Shown: one piece after another, positions 38,801 to 53,800 of the stretch
How the letters are laid out: the number at the start of each line of letters is the position of its first letter
How positions within the stretch are numbered: position 1 is the first letter of the stretch
Made by a program: the position numbers and the translations under genes
The notes under the pieces: model-generated
What the model was told of the DNA's origin: nothing
The model's database searches: none
The model's input: the letters and a program-made list of their open reading frames with translations, nothing else
Source of the DNA: Yuukianura sp. NJ FZ-2021
Lineage: Eukaryota
Assembly: GCA_046563655.1 (NCBI GenBank)
Contig: CM102289.1
Coordinates: 5,022,001-5,086,000 of the forward strand
DNA length: 64,000 bases
Direction of reading: 5' to 3'

Positions 38801-41800
38801 AACTTTTTGGAATTTGGAATTTAGTTGATTAGAAAGAGTGATTTTCCTACTAAACTTTTAACTTTTTGGAATTTGGAATTTAGTTGATTAGAAAGAGTGA
38901 TTTTCCTACTAAACTTTTAACTTTTTGGAATTTGGAATTTAGTTGATTAGAAAGAGTGATTTTCCTACTAAACTTTTAACTTTTTGGAATTTGGAATTTA
39001 GTTGATTAGAAAGAGTGATTTTCCTACTAAACTTTTAACTTTTTGGAATTTGGAATTTAGTTGATTAGAAAGAGTGATTTTCCTACTAAACTTTTAACTT
39101 TTTGGAATTTGGAATTTAGTTGATTAGAAAGAGTGATTTTCCTACTAAACTTTTAACTTTTTGGAATTTGGAATTTAGTTGATTAGAAAGAGTGATTTTC
39201 CTACTAAACTTTTAACTTTTTGGAATTTGGAATTTAGTTGATTAGAAAGAGTGATTTTCCTACTAAACTTTTAACTTTTTGGAATTTGGAATTTAGTTGA
39301 TTAGAAAGAGTGATTTTCCTACTAAACTTTTAACTTTTTGGAATTTGGAATTTAGTTGATTAGAAAGAGTGATTTTCCTACTAAACTTTTAACTTTTTGG
39401 AATTTGGAATTTAGTTGATTAGAAAGAGTGATTTTCCTACTAAACTTTTAACTTTTTGGAATTTGGAATTTAGTTGATTAGAAAGAGTGATTTTCCTACT
39501 AAACTTTTAACTTTTTGGAATTTGGAATTTAGTTGATTAGAAAGAGTGATTTTCCTACTAAACTTTTAACTTTTTGGAATTTGGAATTTAGTTGATTAGA
39601 AAGAGTGATTTTCCTACTAAACTTTTAACTTTTTGGAATTTGGAATTTAGTTGATTAGAAAGAGTGATTTTCCTACTAAACTTTTAACTTTTTGGAATTT
39701 GGAATTTAGTTGATTAGAAAGAGTGATTTTCCTACTAAACTTTTAACTTTTTGGAATTTGGAATTTAGTTGATTAGAAAGAGTGATTTTCCTACTAAACT
39801 TTTAACTTTTTGGAATTTGGAATTTAGTTGATTAGAAAGAGTGATTTTCCTACTAAACTTTTAACTTTTTGGAATTTGGAATTTAGTTGATTAGAAAGAG
39901 TGATTTTCCTACTAAACTTTTAACTTTTTGGAATTTGGAATTTAGTTGATTAGAAAGAGTGATTTTCCTACTAAACTTTTAACTTTTTGGAATTTGGAAT
40001 TTAGTTGATTAGAAAGAGTGATTTTCCTACTAAACTTTTAACTTTTTGGAATTTGGAATTTAGTTGATTAGAAAGAGTGATTTTCCTACTAAACTTTTAA
40101 CTTTTTGGAATTTGGAATTTAGTTGATTAGAAAGAGTGATTTTCCTACTAAACTTTTAACTTTTTGGAATTTGGAATTTAGTTGATTAGAAAGAGTGATT
40201 TTCCTACTAAACTTTTAACTTTTTGGAATTTGGAATTTAGTTGATTAGAAAGAGTGATTTTCCTACTAAACTTTTAACTTTTTGGAATTTGGAATTTAGT
40301 TGATTAGAAAGAGTGATTTTCCTACTAAACTTTTAACTTTTTGGAATTTGGAATTTAGTTGATTAGAAAGAGTGATTTTCCTACTAAACTTTTAACTTTT
40401 TGGAATTTGGAATTTAGTTGATTAGAAAGAGTGATTTTCCTACTAAACTTTTAACTTTTTGGAATTTGGAATTTAGTTGATTAGAAAGAGTGATTTTCCT
40501 ACTAAACTTTTAACTTTTTGGAATTTGGAATTTAGTTGATTAGAAAGAGTGATTTTCCTACTAAACTTTTAACTTTTTGGAATTTGGAATTTAGTTGATT
40601 AGAAAGAGTGATTTTCCTACTAAACTTTTAACTTTTTGGAATTTGGAATTTAGTTGATTAGAAAGAGTGATTTTCCTACTAAACTTTTAACTTTTTGGAA
40701 TTTGGAATTTAGTTGATTAGAAAGAGTGATTTTCCTACTAAACTTTTAACTTTTTGGAATTTGGAATTTAGTTGATTAGAAAGAGTGATTTTCCTACTAA
40801 ACTTTTAACTTTTTGGAATTTGGAATTTAGTTGATTAGAAAGAGTGATTTTCCTACTAAACTTTTAACTTTTTGGAATTTGGAATTTAGTTGATTAGAAA
40901 GAGTGATTTTCCTACTAAACTTTTAACTTTTTGGAATTTGGAATTTAGTTGATTAGAAAGAGTGATTTTCCTACTAAACTTTTAACTTTTTGGAATTTGG
41001 AATTTAGTTGATTAGAAAGAGTGATTTTCCTACTAAACTTTTAACTTTTTGGAATTTGGAATTTAGTTGATTAGAAAGAGTGATTTTCCTACTAAACTTT
41101 TAACTTTTTGGAATTTGGAATTTAGTTGATTAGAAAGAGTGATTTTCCTACTAAACTTTTAACTTTTTGGAATTTGGAATTTAGTTGATTAGAAAGAGTG
41201 ATTTTCCTACTAAACTTTTAACTTTTTGGAATTTGGAATTTAGTTGATTAGAAAGAGTGATTTTCCTACTAAACTTTTAACTTTTTGGAATTTGGAATTT
41301 AGTTGATTAGAAAGAGTGATTTTCCTACTAAACTTTTAACTTTTTGGAATTTGGAATTTAGTTGATTAGAAAGAGTGATTTTCCTACTAAACTTTTAACT
41401 TTTTGGAATTTGGAATTTAGTTGATTAGAAAGAGTGATTTTCCTACTAAACTTTTAACTTTTTGGAATTTGGAATTTAGTTGATTAGAAAGAGTGATTTT
41501 CCTACTAAACTTTTAACTTTTTGGAATTTGGAATTTAGTTGATTAGAAAGAGTGATTTTCCTACTAAACTTTTAACTTTTTGGAATTTGGAATTTAGTTG
41601 ATTAGAAAGAGTGATTTTCCTACTAAACTTTTAACTTTTTGGAATTTGGAATTTAGTTGATTAGAAAGAGTGATTTTCCTACTAAACTTTTAACTTTTTG
41701 GAATTTGGAATTTAGTTGATTAGAAAGAGTGATTTTCCTACTAAACTTTTAACTTTTTGGAATTTGGAATTTAGTTGATTAGAAAGAGTGATTTTCCTAC

Positions 41801-44800
41801 TAAACTTTTAACTTTTTGGAATTTGGAATTTAGTTGATTAGAAAGAGTGATTTTCCTACTAAACTTTTAACTTTTTGGAATTTGGAATTTAGTTGATTAG
41901 AAAGAGTGATTTTCCTACTAAACTTTTAACTTTTTGGAATTTGGAATTTAGTTGATTAGAAAGAGTGATTTTCCTACTAAACTTTTAACTTTTTGGAATT
42001 TGGAATTTAGTTGATTAGAAAGAGTGATTTTCCTACTAAACTTTTAACTTTTTGGAATTTGGAATTTAGTTGATTAGAAAGAGTGATTTTCCTACTAAAC
42101 TTTTAACTTTTTGGAATTTGGAATTTAGTTGATTAGAAAGAGTGATTTTCCTACTAAACTTTTAACTTTTTGGAATTTGGAATTTAGTTGATTAGAAAGA
42201 GTGATTTTCCTACTAAACTTTTAACTTTTTGGAATTTGGAATTTAGTTGATTAGAAAGAGTGATTTTCCTACTAAACTTTTAACTTTTTGGAATTTGGAA
42301 TTTAGTTGATTAGAAAGAGTGATTTTCCTACTAAACTTTTAACTTTTTGGAATTTGGAATTTAGTTGATTAGAAAGAGTGATTTTCCTACTAAACTTTTA
42401 ACTTTTTGGAATTTGGAATTTAGTTGATTAGAAAGAGTGATTTTCCTACTAAACTTTTAACTTTTTGGAATTTGGAATTTAGTTGATTAGAAAGAGTGAT
42501 TTTCCTACTAAACTTTTAACTTTTTGGAATTTGGAATTTAGTTGATTAGAAAGAGTGATTTTCCTACTAAACTTTTAACTTTTTGGAATTTGGAATTTAG
42601 TTGATTAGAAAGAGTGATTTTCCTACTAAACTTTTAACTTTTTGGAATTTGGAATTTAGTTGATTAGAAAGAGTGATTTTCCTACTAAACTTTTAACTTT
42701 TTGGAATTTGGAATTTAGTTGATTAGAAAGAGTGATTTTCCTACTAAACTTTTAACTTTTTGGAATTTGGAATTTAGTTGATTAGAAAGAGTGATTTTCC
42801 TACTAAACTTTTAACTTTTTGGAATTTGGAATTTAGTTGATTAGAAAGAGTGATTTTCCTACTAAACTTTTAACTTTTTGGAATTTGGAATTTAGTTGAT
42901 TAGAAAGAGTGATTTTCCTACTAAACTTTTAACTTTTTGGAATTTGGAATTTAGTTGATTAGAAAGAGTGATTTTCCTACTAAACTTTTAACTTTTTGGA
43001 ATTTGGAATTTAGTTGATTAGAAAGAGTGATTTTCCTACTAAACTTTTAACTTTTTGGAATTTGGAATTTAGTTGATTAGAAAGAGTGATTTTCCTACTA
43101 AACTTTTAACTTTTTGGAATTTGGAATTTAGTTGATTAGAAAGAGTGATTTTCCTACTAAACTTTTAACTTTTTGGAATTTGGAATTTAGTTGATTAGAA
43201 AGAGTGATTTTCCTACTAAACTTTTAACTTTTTGGAATTTGGAATTTAGTTGATTAGAAAGAGTGATTTTCCTACTAAACTTTTAACTTTTTGGAATTTG
43301 GAATTTAGTTGATTAGAAAGAGTGATTTTCCTACTAAACTTTTAACTTTTTGGAATTTGGAATTTAGTTGATTAGAAAGAGTGATTTTCCTACTAAACTT
43401 TTAACTTTTTGGAATTTGGAATTTAGTTGATTAGAAAGAGTGATTTTCCTACTAAACTTTTAACTTTTTGGAATTTGGAATTTAGTTGATTAGAAAGAGT
43501 GATTTTCCTACTAAACTTTTAACTTTTTGGAATTTGGAATTTAGTTGATTAGAAAGAGTGATTTTCCTACTAAACTTTTAACTTTTTGGAATTTGGAATT
43601 TAGTTGATTAGAAAGAGTGATTTTCCTACTAAACTTTTAACTTTTTGGAATTTGGAATTTAGTTGATTAGAAAGAGTGATTTTCCTACTAAACTTTTAAC
43701 TTTTTGGAATTTGGAATTTAGTTGATTAGAAAGAGTGATTTTCCTACTAAACTTTTAACTTTTTGGAATTTGGAATTTAGTTGATTAGAAAGAGTGATTT
43801 TCCTACTAAACTTTTAACTTTTTGGAATTTGGAATTTAGTTGATTAGAAAGAGTGATTTTCCTACTAAACTTTTAACTTTTTGGAATTTGGAATTTAGTT
43901 GATTAGAAAGAGTGATTTTCCTACTAAACTTTTAACTTTTTGGAATTTGGAATTTAGTTGATTAGAAAGAGTGATTTTCCTACTAAACTTTTAACTTTTT
44001 GGAATTTGGAATTTAGTTGATTAGAAAGAGTGATTTTCCTACTAAACTTTTAACTTTTTGGAATTTGGAATTTAGTTGATTAGAAAGAGTGATTTTCCTA
44101 CTAAACTTTTAACTTTTTGGAATTTGGAATTTAGTTGATTAGAAAGAGTGATTTTCCTACTAAACTTTTAACTTTTTGGAATTTGGAATTTAGTTGATTA
44201 GAAAGAGTGATTTTCCTACTAAACTTTTAACTTTTTGGAATTTGGAATTTAGTTGATTAGAAAGAGTGATTTTCCTACTAAACTTTTAACTTTTTGGAAT
44301 TTGGAATTTAGTTGATTAGAAAGAGTGATTTTCCTACTAAACTTTTAACTTTTTGGAATTTGGAATTTAGTTGATTAGAAAGAGTGATTTTCCTACTAAA
44401 CTTTTAACTTTTTGGAATTTGGAATTTAGTTGATTAGAAAGAGTGATTTTCCTACTAAACTTTTAACTTTTTGGAATTTGGAATTTAGTTGATTAGAAAG
44501 AGTGATTTTCCTACTAAACTTTTAACTTTTTGGAATTTGGAATTTAGTTGATTAGAAAGAGTGATTTTCCTACTAAACTTTTAACTTTTTGGAATTTGGA
44601 ATTTAGTTGATTAGAAAGAGTGATTTTCCTACTAAACTTTTAACTTTTTGGAATTTGGAATTTAGTTGATTAGAAAGAGTGATTTTCCTACTAAACTTTT
44701 AACTTTTTGGAATTTGGAATTTAGTTGATTAGAAAGAGTGATTTTCCTACTAAACTTTTAACTTTTTGGAATTTGGAATTTAGTTGATTAGAAAGAGTGA

Positions 44801-47800
44801 TTTTCCTACTAAACTTTTAACTTTTTGGAATTTGGAATTTAGTTGATTAGAAAGAGTGATTTTCCTACTAAACTTTTAACTTTTTGGAATTTGGAATTTA
44901 GTTGATTAGAAAGAGTGATTTTCCTACTAAACTTTTAACTTTTTGGAATTTGGAATTTAGTTGATTAGAAAGAGTGATTTTCCTACTAAACTTTTAACTT
45001 TTTGGAATTTGGAATTTAGTTGATTAGAAAGAGTGATTTTCCTACTAAACTTTTAACTTTTTGGAATTTGGAATTTAGTTGATTAGAAAGAGTGATTTTC
45101 CTACTAAACTTTTAACTTTTTGGAATTTGGAATTTAGTTGATTAGAAAGAGTGATTTTCCTACTAAACTTTTAACTTTTTGGAATTTGGAATTTAGTTGA
45201 TTAGAAAGAGTGATTTTCCTACTAAACTTTTAACTTTTTGGAATTTGGAATTTAGTTGATTAGAAAGAGTGATTTTCCTACTAAACTTTTAACTTTTTGG
45301 AATTTGGAATTTAGTTGATTAGAAAGAGTGATTTTCCTACTAAACTTTTAACTTTTTGGAATTTGGAATTTAGTTGATTAGAAAGAGTGATTTTCCTACT
45401 AAACTTTTAACTTTTTGGAATTTGGAATTTAGTTGATTAGAAAGAGTGATTTTCCTACTAAACTTTTAACTTTTTGGAATTTGGAATTTAGTTGATTAGA
45501 AAGAGTGATTTTCCTACTAAACTTTTAACTTTTTGGAATTTGGAATTTAGTTGATTAGAAAGAGTGATTTTCCTACTAAACTTTTAACTTTTTGGAATTT
45601 GGAATTTAGTTGATTAGAAAGAGTGATTTTCCTACTAAACTTTTAACTTTTTGGAATTTGGAATTTAGTTGATTAGAAAGAGTGATTTTCCTACTAAACT
45701 TTTAACTTTTTGGAATTTGGAATTTAGTTGATTAGAAAGAGTGATTTTCCTACTAAACTTTTAACTTTTTGGAATTTGGAATTTAGTTGATTAGAAAGAG
45801 TGATTTTCCTACTAAACTTTTAACTTTTTGGAATTTGGAATTTAGTTGATTAGAAAGAGTGATTTTCCTACTAAACTTTTAACTTTTTGGAATTTGGAAT
45901 TTAGTTGATTAGAAAGAGTGATTTTCCTACTAAACTTTTAACTTTTTGGAATTTGGAATTTAGTTGATTAGAAAGAGTGATTTTCCTACTAAACTTTTAA
46001 CTTTTTGGAATTTGGAATTTAGTTGATTAGAAAGAGTGATTTTCCTACTAAACTTTTAACTTTTTGGAATTTGGAATTTAGTTGATTAGAAAGAGTGATT
46101 TTCCTACTAAACTTTTAACTTTTTGGAATTTGGAATTTAGTTGATTAGAAAGAGTGATTTTCCTACTAAACTTTTAACTTTTTGGAATTTGGAATTTAGT
46201 TGATTAGAAAGAGTGATTTTCCTACTAAACTTTTAACTTTTTGGAATTTGGAATTTAGTTGATTAGAAAGAGTGATTTTCCTACTAAACTTTTAACTTTT
46301 TGGAATTTGGAATTTAGTTGATTAGAAAGAGTGATTTTCCTACTAAACTTTTAACTTTTTGGAATTTGGAATTTAGTTGATTAGAAAGAGTGATTTTCCT
46401 ACTAAACTTTTAACTTTTTGGAATTTGGAATTTAGTTGATTAGAAAGAGTGATTTTCCTACTAAACTTTTAACTTTTTGGAATTTGGAATTTAGTTGATT
46501 AGAAAGAGTGATTTTCCTACTAAACTTTTAACTTTTTGGAATTTGGAATTTAGTTGATTAGAAAGAGTGATTTTCCTACTAAACTTTTAACTTTTTGGAA
46601 TTTGGAATTTAGTTGATTAGAAAGAGTGATTTTCCTACTAAACTTTTAACTTTTTGGAATTTGGAATTTAGTTGATTAGAAAGAGTGATTTTCCTACTAA
46701 ACTTTTAACTTTTTGGAATTTGGAATTTAGTTGATTAGAAAGAGTGATTTTCCTACTAAACTTTTAACTTTTTGGAATTTGGAATTTAGTTGATTAGAAA
46801 GAGTGATTTTCCTACTAAACTTTTAACTTTTTGGAATTTGGAATTTAGTTGATTAGAAAGAGTGATTTTCCTACTAAACTTTTAACTTTTTGGAATTTGG
46901 AATTTAGTTGATTAGAAAGAGTGATTTTCCTACTAAACTTTTAACTTTTTGGAATTTGGAATTTAGTTGATTAGAAAGAGTGATTTTCCTACTAAACTTT
47001 TAACTTTTTGGAATTTGGAATTTAGTTGATTAGAAAGAGTGATTTTCCTACTAAACTTTTAACTTTTTGGAATTTGGAATTTAGTTGATTAGAAAGAGTG
47101 ATTTTCCTACTAAACTTTTAACTTTTTGGAATTTGGAATTTAGTTGATTAGAAAGAGTGATTTTCCTACTAAACTTTTAACTTTTTGGAATTTGGAATTT
47201 AGTTGATTAGAAAGAGTGATTTTCCTACTAAACTTTTAACTTTTTGGAATTTGGAATTTAGTTGATTAGAAAGAGTGATTTTCCTACTAAACTTTTAACT
47301 TTTTGGAATTTGGAATTTAGTTGATTAGAAAGAGTGATTTTCCTACTAAACTTTTAACTTTTTGGAATTTGGAATTTAGTTGATTAGAAAGAGTGATTTT
47401 CCTACTAAACTTTTAACTTTTTGGAATTTGGAATTTAGTTGATTAGAAAGAGTGATTTTCCTACTAAACTTTTAACTTTTTGGAATTTGGAATTTAGTTG
47501 ATTAGAAAGAGTGATTTTCCTACTAAACTTTTAACTTTTTGGAATTTGGAATTTAGTTGATTAGAAAGAGTGATTTTCCTACTAAACTTTTAACTTTTTG
47601 GAATTTGGAATTTAGTTGATTAGAAAGAGTGATTTTCCTACTAAACTTTTAACTTTTTGGAATTTGGAATTTAGTTGATTAGAAAGAGTGATTTTCCTAC
47701 TAAACTTTTAACTTTTTGGAATTTGGAATTTAGTTGATTAGAAAGAGTGATTTTCCTACTAAACTTTTAACTTTTTGGAATTTGGAATTTAGTTGATTAG

Positions 47801-50800
47801 AAAGAGTGATTTTCCTACTAAACTTTTAACTTTTTGGAATTTGGAATTTAGTTGATTAGAAAGAGTGATTTTCCTACTAAACTTTTAACTTTTTGGAATT
47901 TGGAATTTAGTTGATTAGAAAGAGTGATTTTCCTACTAAACTTTTAACTTTTTGGAATTTGGAATTTAGTTGATTAGAAAGAGTGATTTTCCTACTAAAC
48001 TTTTAACTTTTTGGAATTTGGAATTTAGTTGATTAGAAAGAGTGATTTTCCTACTAAACTTTTAACTTTTTGGAATTTGGAATTTAGTTGATTAGAAAGA
48101 GTGATTTTCCTACTAAACTTTTAACTTTTTGGAATTTGGAATTTAGTTGATTAGAAAGAGTGATTTTCCTACTAAACTTTTAACTTTTTGGAATTTGGAA
48201 TTTAGTTGATTAGAAAGAGTGATTTTCCTACTAAACTTTTAACTTTTTGGAATTTGGAATTTAGTTGATTAGAAAGAGTGATTTTCCTACTAAACTTTTA
48301 ACTTTTTGGAATTTGGAATTTAGTTGATTAGAAAGAGTGATTTTCCTACTAAACTTTTAACTTTTTGGAATTTGGAATTTAGTTGATTAGAAAGAGTGAT
48401 TTTCCTACTAAACTTTTAACTTTTTGGAATTTGGAATTTAGTTGATTAGAAAGAGTGATTTTCCTACTAAACTTTTAACTTTTTGGAATTTGGAATTTAG
48501 TTGATTAGAAAGAGTGATTTTCCTACTAAACTTTTAACTTTTTGGAATTTGGAATTTAGTTGATTAGAAAGAGTGATTTTCCTACTAAACTTTTAACTTT
48601 TTGGAATTTGGAATTTAGTTGATTAGAAAGAGTGATTTTCCTACTAAACTTTTAACTTTTTGGAATTTGGAATTTAGTTGATTAGAAAGAGTGATTTTCC
48701 TACTAAACTTTTAACTTTTTGGAATTTGGAATTTAGTTGATTAGAAAGAGTGATTTTCCTACTAAACTTTTAACTTTTTGGAATTTGGAATTTAGTTGAT
48801 TAGAAAGAGTGATTTTCCTACTAAACTTTTAACTTTTTGGAATTTGGAATTTAGTTGATTAGAAAGAGTGATTTTCCTACTAAACTTTTAACTTTTTGGA
48901 ATTTGGAATTTAGTTGATTAGAAAGAGTGATTTTCCTACTAAACTTTTAACTTTTTGGAATTTGGAATTTAGTTGATTAGAAAGAGTGATTTTCCTACTA
49001 AACTTTTAACTTTTTGGAATTTGGAATTTAGTTGATTAGAAAGAGTGATTTTCCTACTAAACTTTTAACTTTTTGGAATTTGGAATTTAGTTGATTAGAA
49101 AGAGTGATTTTCCTACTAAACTTTTAACTTTTTGGAATTTGGAATTTAGTTGATTAGAAAGAGTGATTTTCCTACTAAACTTTTAACTTTTTGGAATTTG
49201 GAATTTAGTTGATTAGAAAGAGTGATTTTCCTACTAAACTTTTAACTTTTTGGAATTTGGAATTTAGTTGATTAGAAAGAGTGATTTTCCTACTAAACTT
49301 TTAACTTTTTGGAATTTGGAATTTAGTTGATTAGAAAGAGTGATTTTCCTACTAAACTTTTAACTTTTTGGAATTTGGAATTTAGTTGATTAGAAAGAGT
49401 GATTTTCCTACTAAACTTTTAACTTTTTGGAATTTGGAATTTAGTTGATTAGAAAGAGTGATTTTCCTACTAAACTTTTAACTTTTTGGAATTTGGAATT
49501 TAGTTGATTAGAAAGAGTGATTTTCCTACTAAACTTTTAACTTTTTGGAATTTGGAATTTAGTTGATTAGAAAGAGTGATTTTCCTACTAAACTTTTAAC
49601 TTTTTGGAATTTGGAATTTAGTTGATTAGAAAGAGTGATTTTCCTACTAAACTTTTAACTTTTTGGAATTTGGAATTTAGTTGATTAGAAAGAGTGATTT
49701 TCCTACTAAACTTTTAACTTTTTGGAATTTGGAATTTAGTTGATTAGAAAGAGTGATTTTCCTACTAAACTTTTAACTTTTTGGAATTTGGAATTTAGTT
49801 GATTAGAAAGAGTGATTTTCCTACTAAACTTTTAACTTTTTGGAATTTGGAATTTAGTTGATTAGAAAGAGTGATTTTCCTACTAAACTTTTAACTTTTT
49901 GGAATTTGGAATTTAGTTGATTAGAAAGAGTGATTTTCCTACTAAACTTTTAACTTTTTGGAATTTGGAATTTAGTTGATTAGAAAGAGTGATTTTCCTA
50001 CTAAACTTTTAACTTTTTGGAATTTGGAATTTAGTTGATTAGAAAGAGTGATTTTCCTACTAAACTTTTAACTTTTTGGAATTTGGAATTTAGTTGATTA
50101 GAAAGAGTGATTTTCCTACTAAACTTTTAACTTTTTGGAATTTGGAATTTAGTTGATTAGAAAGAGTGATTTTCCTACTAAACTTTTAACTTTTTGGAAT
50201 TTGGAATTTAGTTGATTAGAAAGAGTGATTTTCCTACTAAACTTTTAACTTTTTGGAATTTGGAATTTAGTTGATTAGAAAGAGTGATTTTCCTACTAAA
50301 CTTTTAACTTTTTGGAATTTGGAATTTAGTTGATTAGAAAGAGTGATTTTCCTACTAAACTTTTAACTTTTTGGAATTTGGAATTTAGTTGATTAGAAAG
50401 AGTGATTTTCCTACTAAACTTTTAACTTTTTGGAATTTGGAATTTAGTTGATTAGAAAGAGTGATTTTCCTACTAAACTTTTAACTTTTTGGAATTTGGA
50501 ATTTAGTTGATTAGAAAGAGTGATTTTCCTACTAAACTTTTAACTTTTTGGAATTTGGAATTTAGTTGATTAGAAAGAGTGATTTTCCTACTAAACTTTT
50601 AACTTTTTGGAATTTGGAATTTAGTTGATTAGAAAGAGTGATTTTCCTACTAAACTTTTAACTTTTTGGAATTTGGAATTTAGTTGATTAGAAAGAGTGA
50701 TTTTCCTACTAAACTTTTAACTTTTTGGAATTTGGAATTTAGTTGATTAGAAAGAGTGATTTTCCTACTAAACTTTTAACTTTTTGGAATTTGGAATTTA

Positions 50801-53800
50801 GTTGATTAGAAAGAGTGATTTTCCTACTAAACTTTTAACTTTTTGGAATTTGGAATTTAGTTGATTAGAAAGAGTGATTTTCCTACTAAACTTTTAACTT
50901 TTTGGAATTTGGAATTTAGTTGATTAGAAAGAGTGATTTTCCTACTAAACTTTTAACTTTTTGGAATTTGGAATTTAGTTGATTAGAAAGAGTGATTTTC
51001 CTACTAAACTTTTAACTTTTTGGAATTTGGAATTTAGTTGATTAGAAAGAGTGATTTTCCTACTAAACTTTTAACTTTTTGGAATTTGGAATTTAGTTGA
51101 TTAGAAAGAGTGATTTTCCTACTAAACTTTTAACTTTTTGGAATTTGGAATTTAGTTGATTAGAAAGAGTGATTTTCCTACTAAACTTTTAACTTTTTGG
51201 AATTTGGAATTTAGTTGATTAGAAAGAGTGATTTTCCTACTAAACTTTTAACTTTTTGGAATTTGGAATTTAGTTGATTAGAAAGAGTGATTTTCCTACT
51301 AAACTTTTAACTTTTTGGAATTTGGAATTTAGTTGATTAGAAAGAGTGATTTTCCTACTAAACTTTTAACTTTTTGGAATTTGGAATTTAGTTGATTAGA
51401 AAGAGTGATTTTCCTACTAAACTTTTAACTTTTTGGAATTTGGAATTTAGTTGATTAGAAAGAGTGATTTTCCTACTAAACTTTTAACTTTTTGGAATTT
51501 GGAATTTAGTTGATTAGAAAGAGTGATTTTCCTACTAAACTTTTAACTTTTTGGAATTTGGAATTTAGTTGATTAGAAAGAGTGATTTTCCTACTAAACT
51601 TTTAACTTTTTGGAATTTGGAATTTAGTTGATTAGAAAGAGTGATTTTCCTACTAAACTTTTAACTTTTTGGAATTTGGAATTTAGTTGATTAGAAAGAG
51701 TGATTTTCCTACTAAACTTTTAACTTTTTGGAATTTGGAATTTAGTTGATTAGAAAGAGTGATTTTCCTACTAAACTTTTAACTTTTTGGAATTTGGAAT
51801 TTAGTTGATTAGAAAGAGTGATTTTCCTACTAAACTTTTAACTTTTTGGAATTTGGAATTTAGTTGATTAGAAAGAGTGATTTTCCTACTAAACTTTTAA
51901 CTTTTTGGAATTTGGAATTTAGTTGATTAGAAAGAGTGATTTTCCTACTAAACTTTTAACTTTTTGGAATTTGGAATTTAGTTGATTAGAAAGAGTGATT
52001 TTCCTACTAAACTTTTAACTTTTTGGAATTTGGAATTTAGTTGATTAGAAAGAGTGATTTTCCTACTAAACTTTTAACTTTTTGGAATTTGGAATTTAGT
52101 TGATTAGAAAGAGTGATTTTCCTACTAAACTTTTAACTTTTTGGAATTTGGAATTTAGTTGATTAGAAAGAGTGATTTTCCTACTAAACTTTTAACTTTT
52201 TGGAATTTGGAATTTAGTTGATTAGAAAGAGTGATTTTCCTACTAAACTTTTAACTTTTTGGAATTTGGAATTTAGTTGATTAGAAAGAGTGATTTTCCT
52301 ACTAAACTTTTAACTTTTTGGAATTTGGAATTTAGTTGATTAGAAAGAGTGATTTTCCTACTAAACTTTTAACTTTTTGGAATTTGGAATTTAGTTGATT
52401 AGAAAGAGTGATTTTCCTACTAAACTTTTAACTTTTTGGAATTTGGAATTTAGTTGATTAGAAAGAGTGATTTTCCTACTAAACTTTTAACTTTTTGGAA
52501 TTTGGAATTTAGTTGATTAGAAAGAGTGATTTTCCTACTAAACTTTTAACTTTTTGGAATTTGGAATTTAGTTGATTAGAAAGAGTGATTTTCCTACTAA
52601 ACTTTTAACTTTTTGGAATTTGGAATTTAGTTGATTAGAAAGAGTGATTTTCCTACTAAACTTTTAACTTTTTGGAATTTGGAATTTAGTTGATTAGAAA
52701 GAGTGATTTTCCTACTAAACTTTTAACTTTTTGGAATTTGGAATTTAGTTGATTAGAAAGAGTGATTTTCCTACTAAACTTTTAACTTTTTGGAATTTGG
52801 AATTTAGTTGATTAGAAAGAGTGATTTTCCTACTAAACTTTTAACTTTTTGGAATTTGGAATTTAGTTGATTAGAAAGAGTGATTTTCCTACTAAACTTT
52901 TAACTTTTTGGAATTTGGAATTTAGTTGATTAGAAAGAGTGATTTTCCTACTAAACTTTTAACTTTTTGGAATTTGGAATTTAGTTGATTAGAAAGAGTG
53001 ATTTTCCTACTAAACTTTTAACTTTTTGGAATTTGGAATTTAGTTGATTAGAAAGAGTGATTTTCCTACTAAACTTTTAACTTTTTGGAATTTGGAATTT
53101 AGTTGATTAGAAAGAGTGATTTTCCTACTAAACTTTTAACTTTTTGGAATTTGGAATTTAGTTGATTAGAAAGAGTGATTTTCCTACTAAACTTTTAACT
53201 TTTTGGAATTTGGAATTTAGTTGATTAGAAAGAGTGATTTTCCTACTAAACTTTTAACTTTTTGGAATTTGGAATTTAGTTGATTAGAAAGAGTGATTTT
53301 CCTACTAAACTTTTAACTTTTTGGAATTTGGAATTTAGTTGATTAGAAAGAGTGATTTTCCTACTAAACTTTTAACTTTTTGGAATTTGGAATTTAGTTG
53401 ATTAGAAAGAGTGATTTTCCTACTAAACTTTTAACTTTTTGGAATTTGGAATTTAGTTGATTAGAAAGAGTGATTTTCCTACTAAACTTTTAACTTTTTG
53501 GAATTTGGAATTTAGTTGATTAGAAAGAGTGATTTTCCTACTAAACTTTTAACTTTTTGGAATTTGGAATTTAGTTGATTAGAAAGAGTGATTTTCCTAC
53601 TAAACTTTTAACTTTTTGGAATTTGGAATTTAGTTGATTAGAAAGAGTGATTTTCCTACTAAACTTTTAACTTTTTGGAATTTGGAATTTAGTTGATTAG
53701 AAAGAGTGATTTTCCTACTAAACTTTTAACTTTTTGGAATTTGGAATTTAGTTGATTAGAAAGAGTGATTTTCCTACTAAACTTTTAACTTTTTGGAATT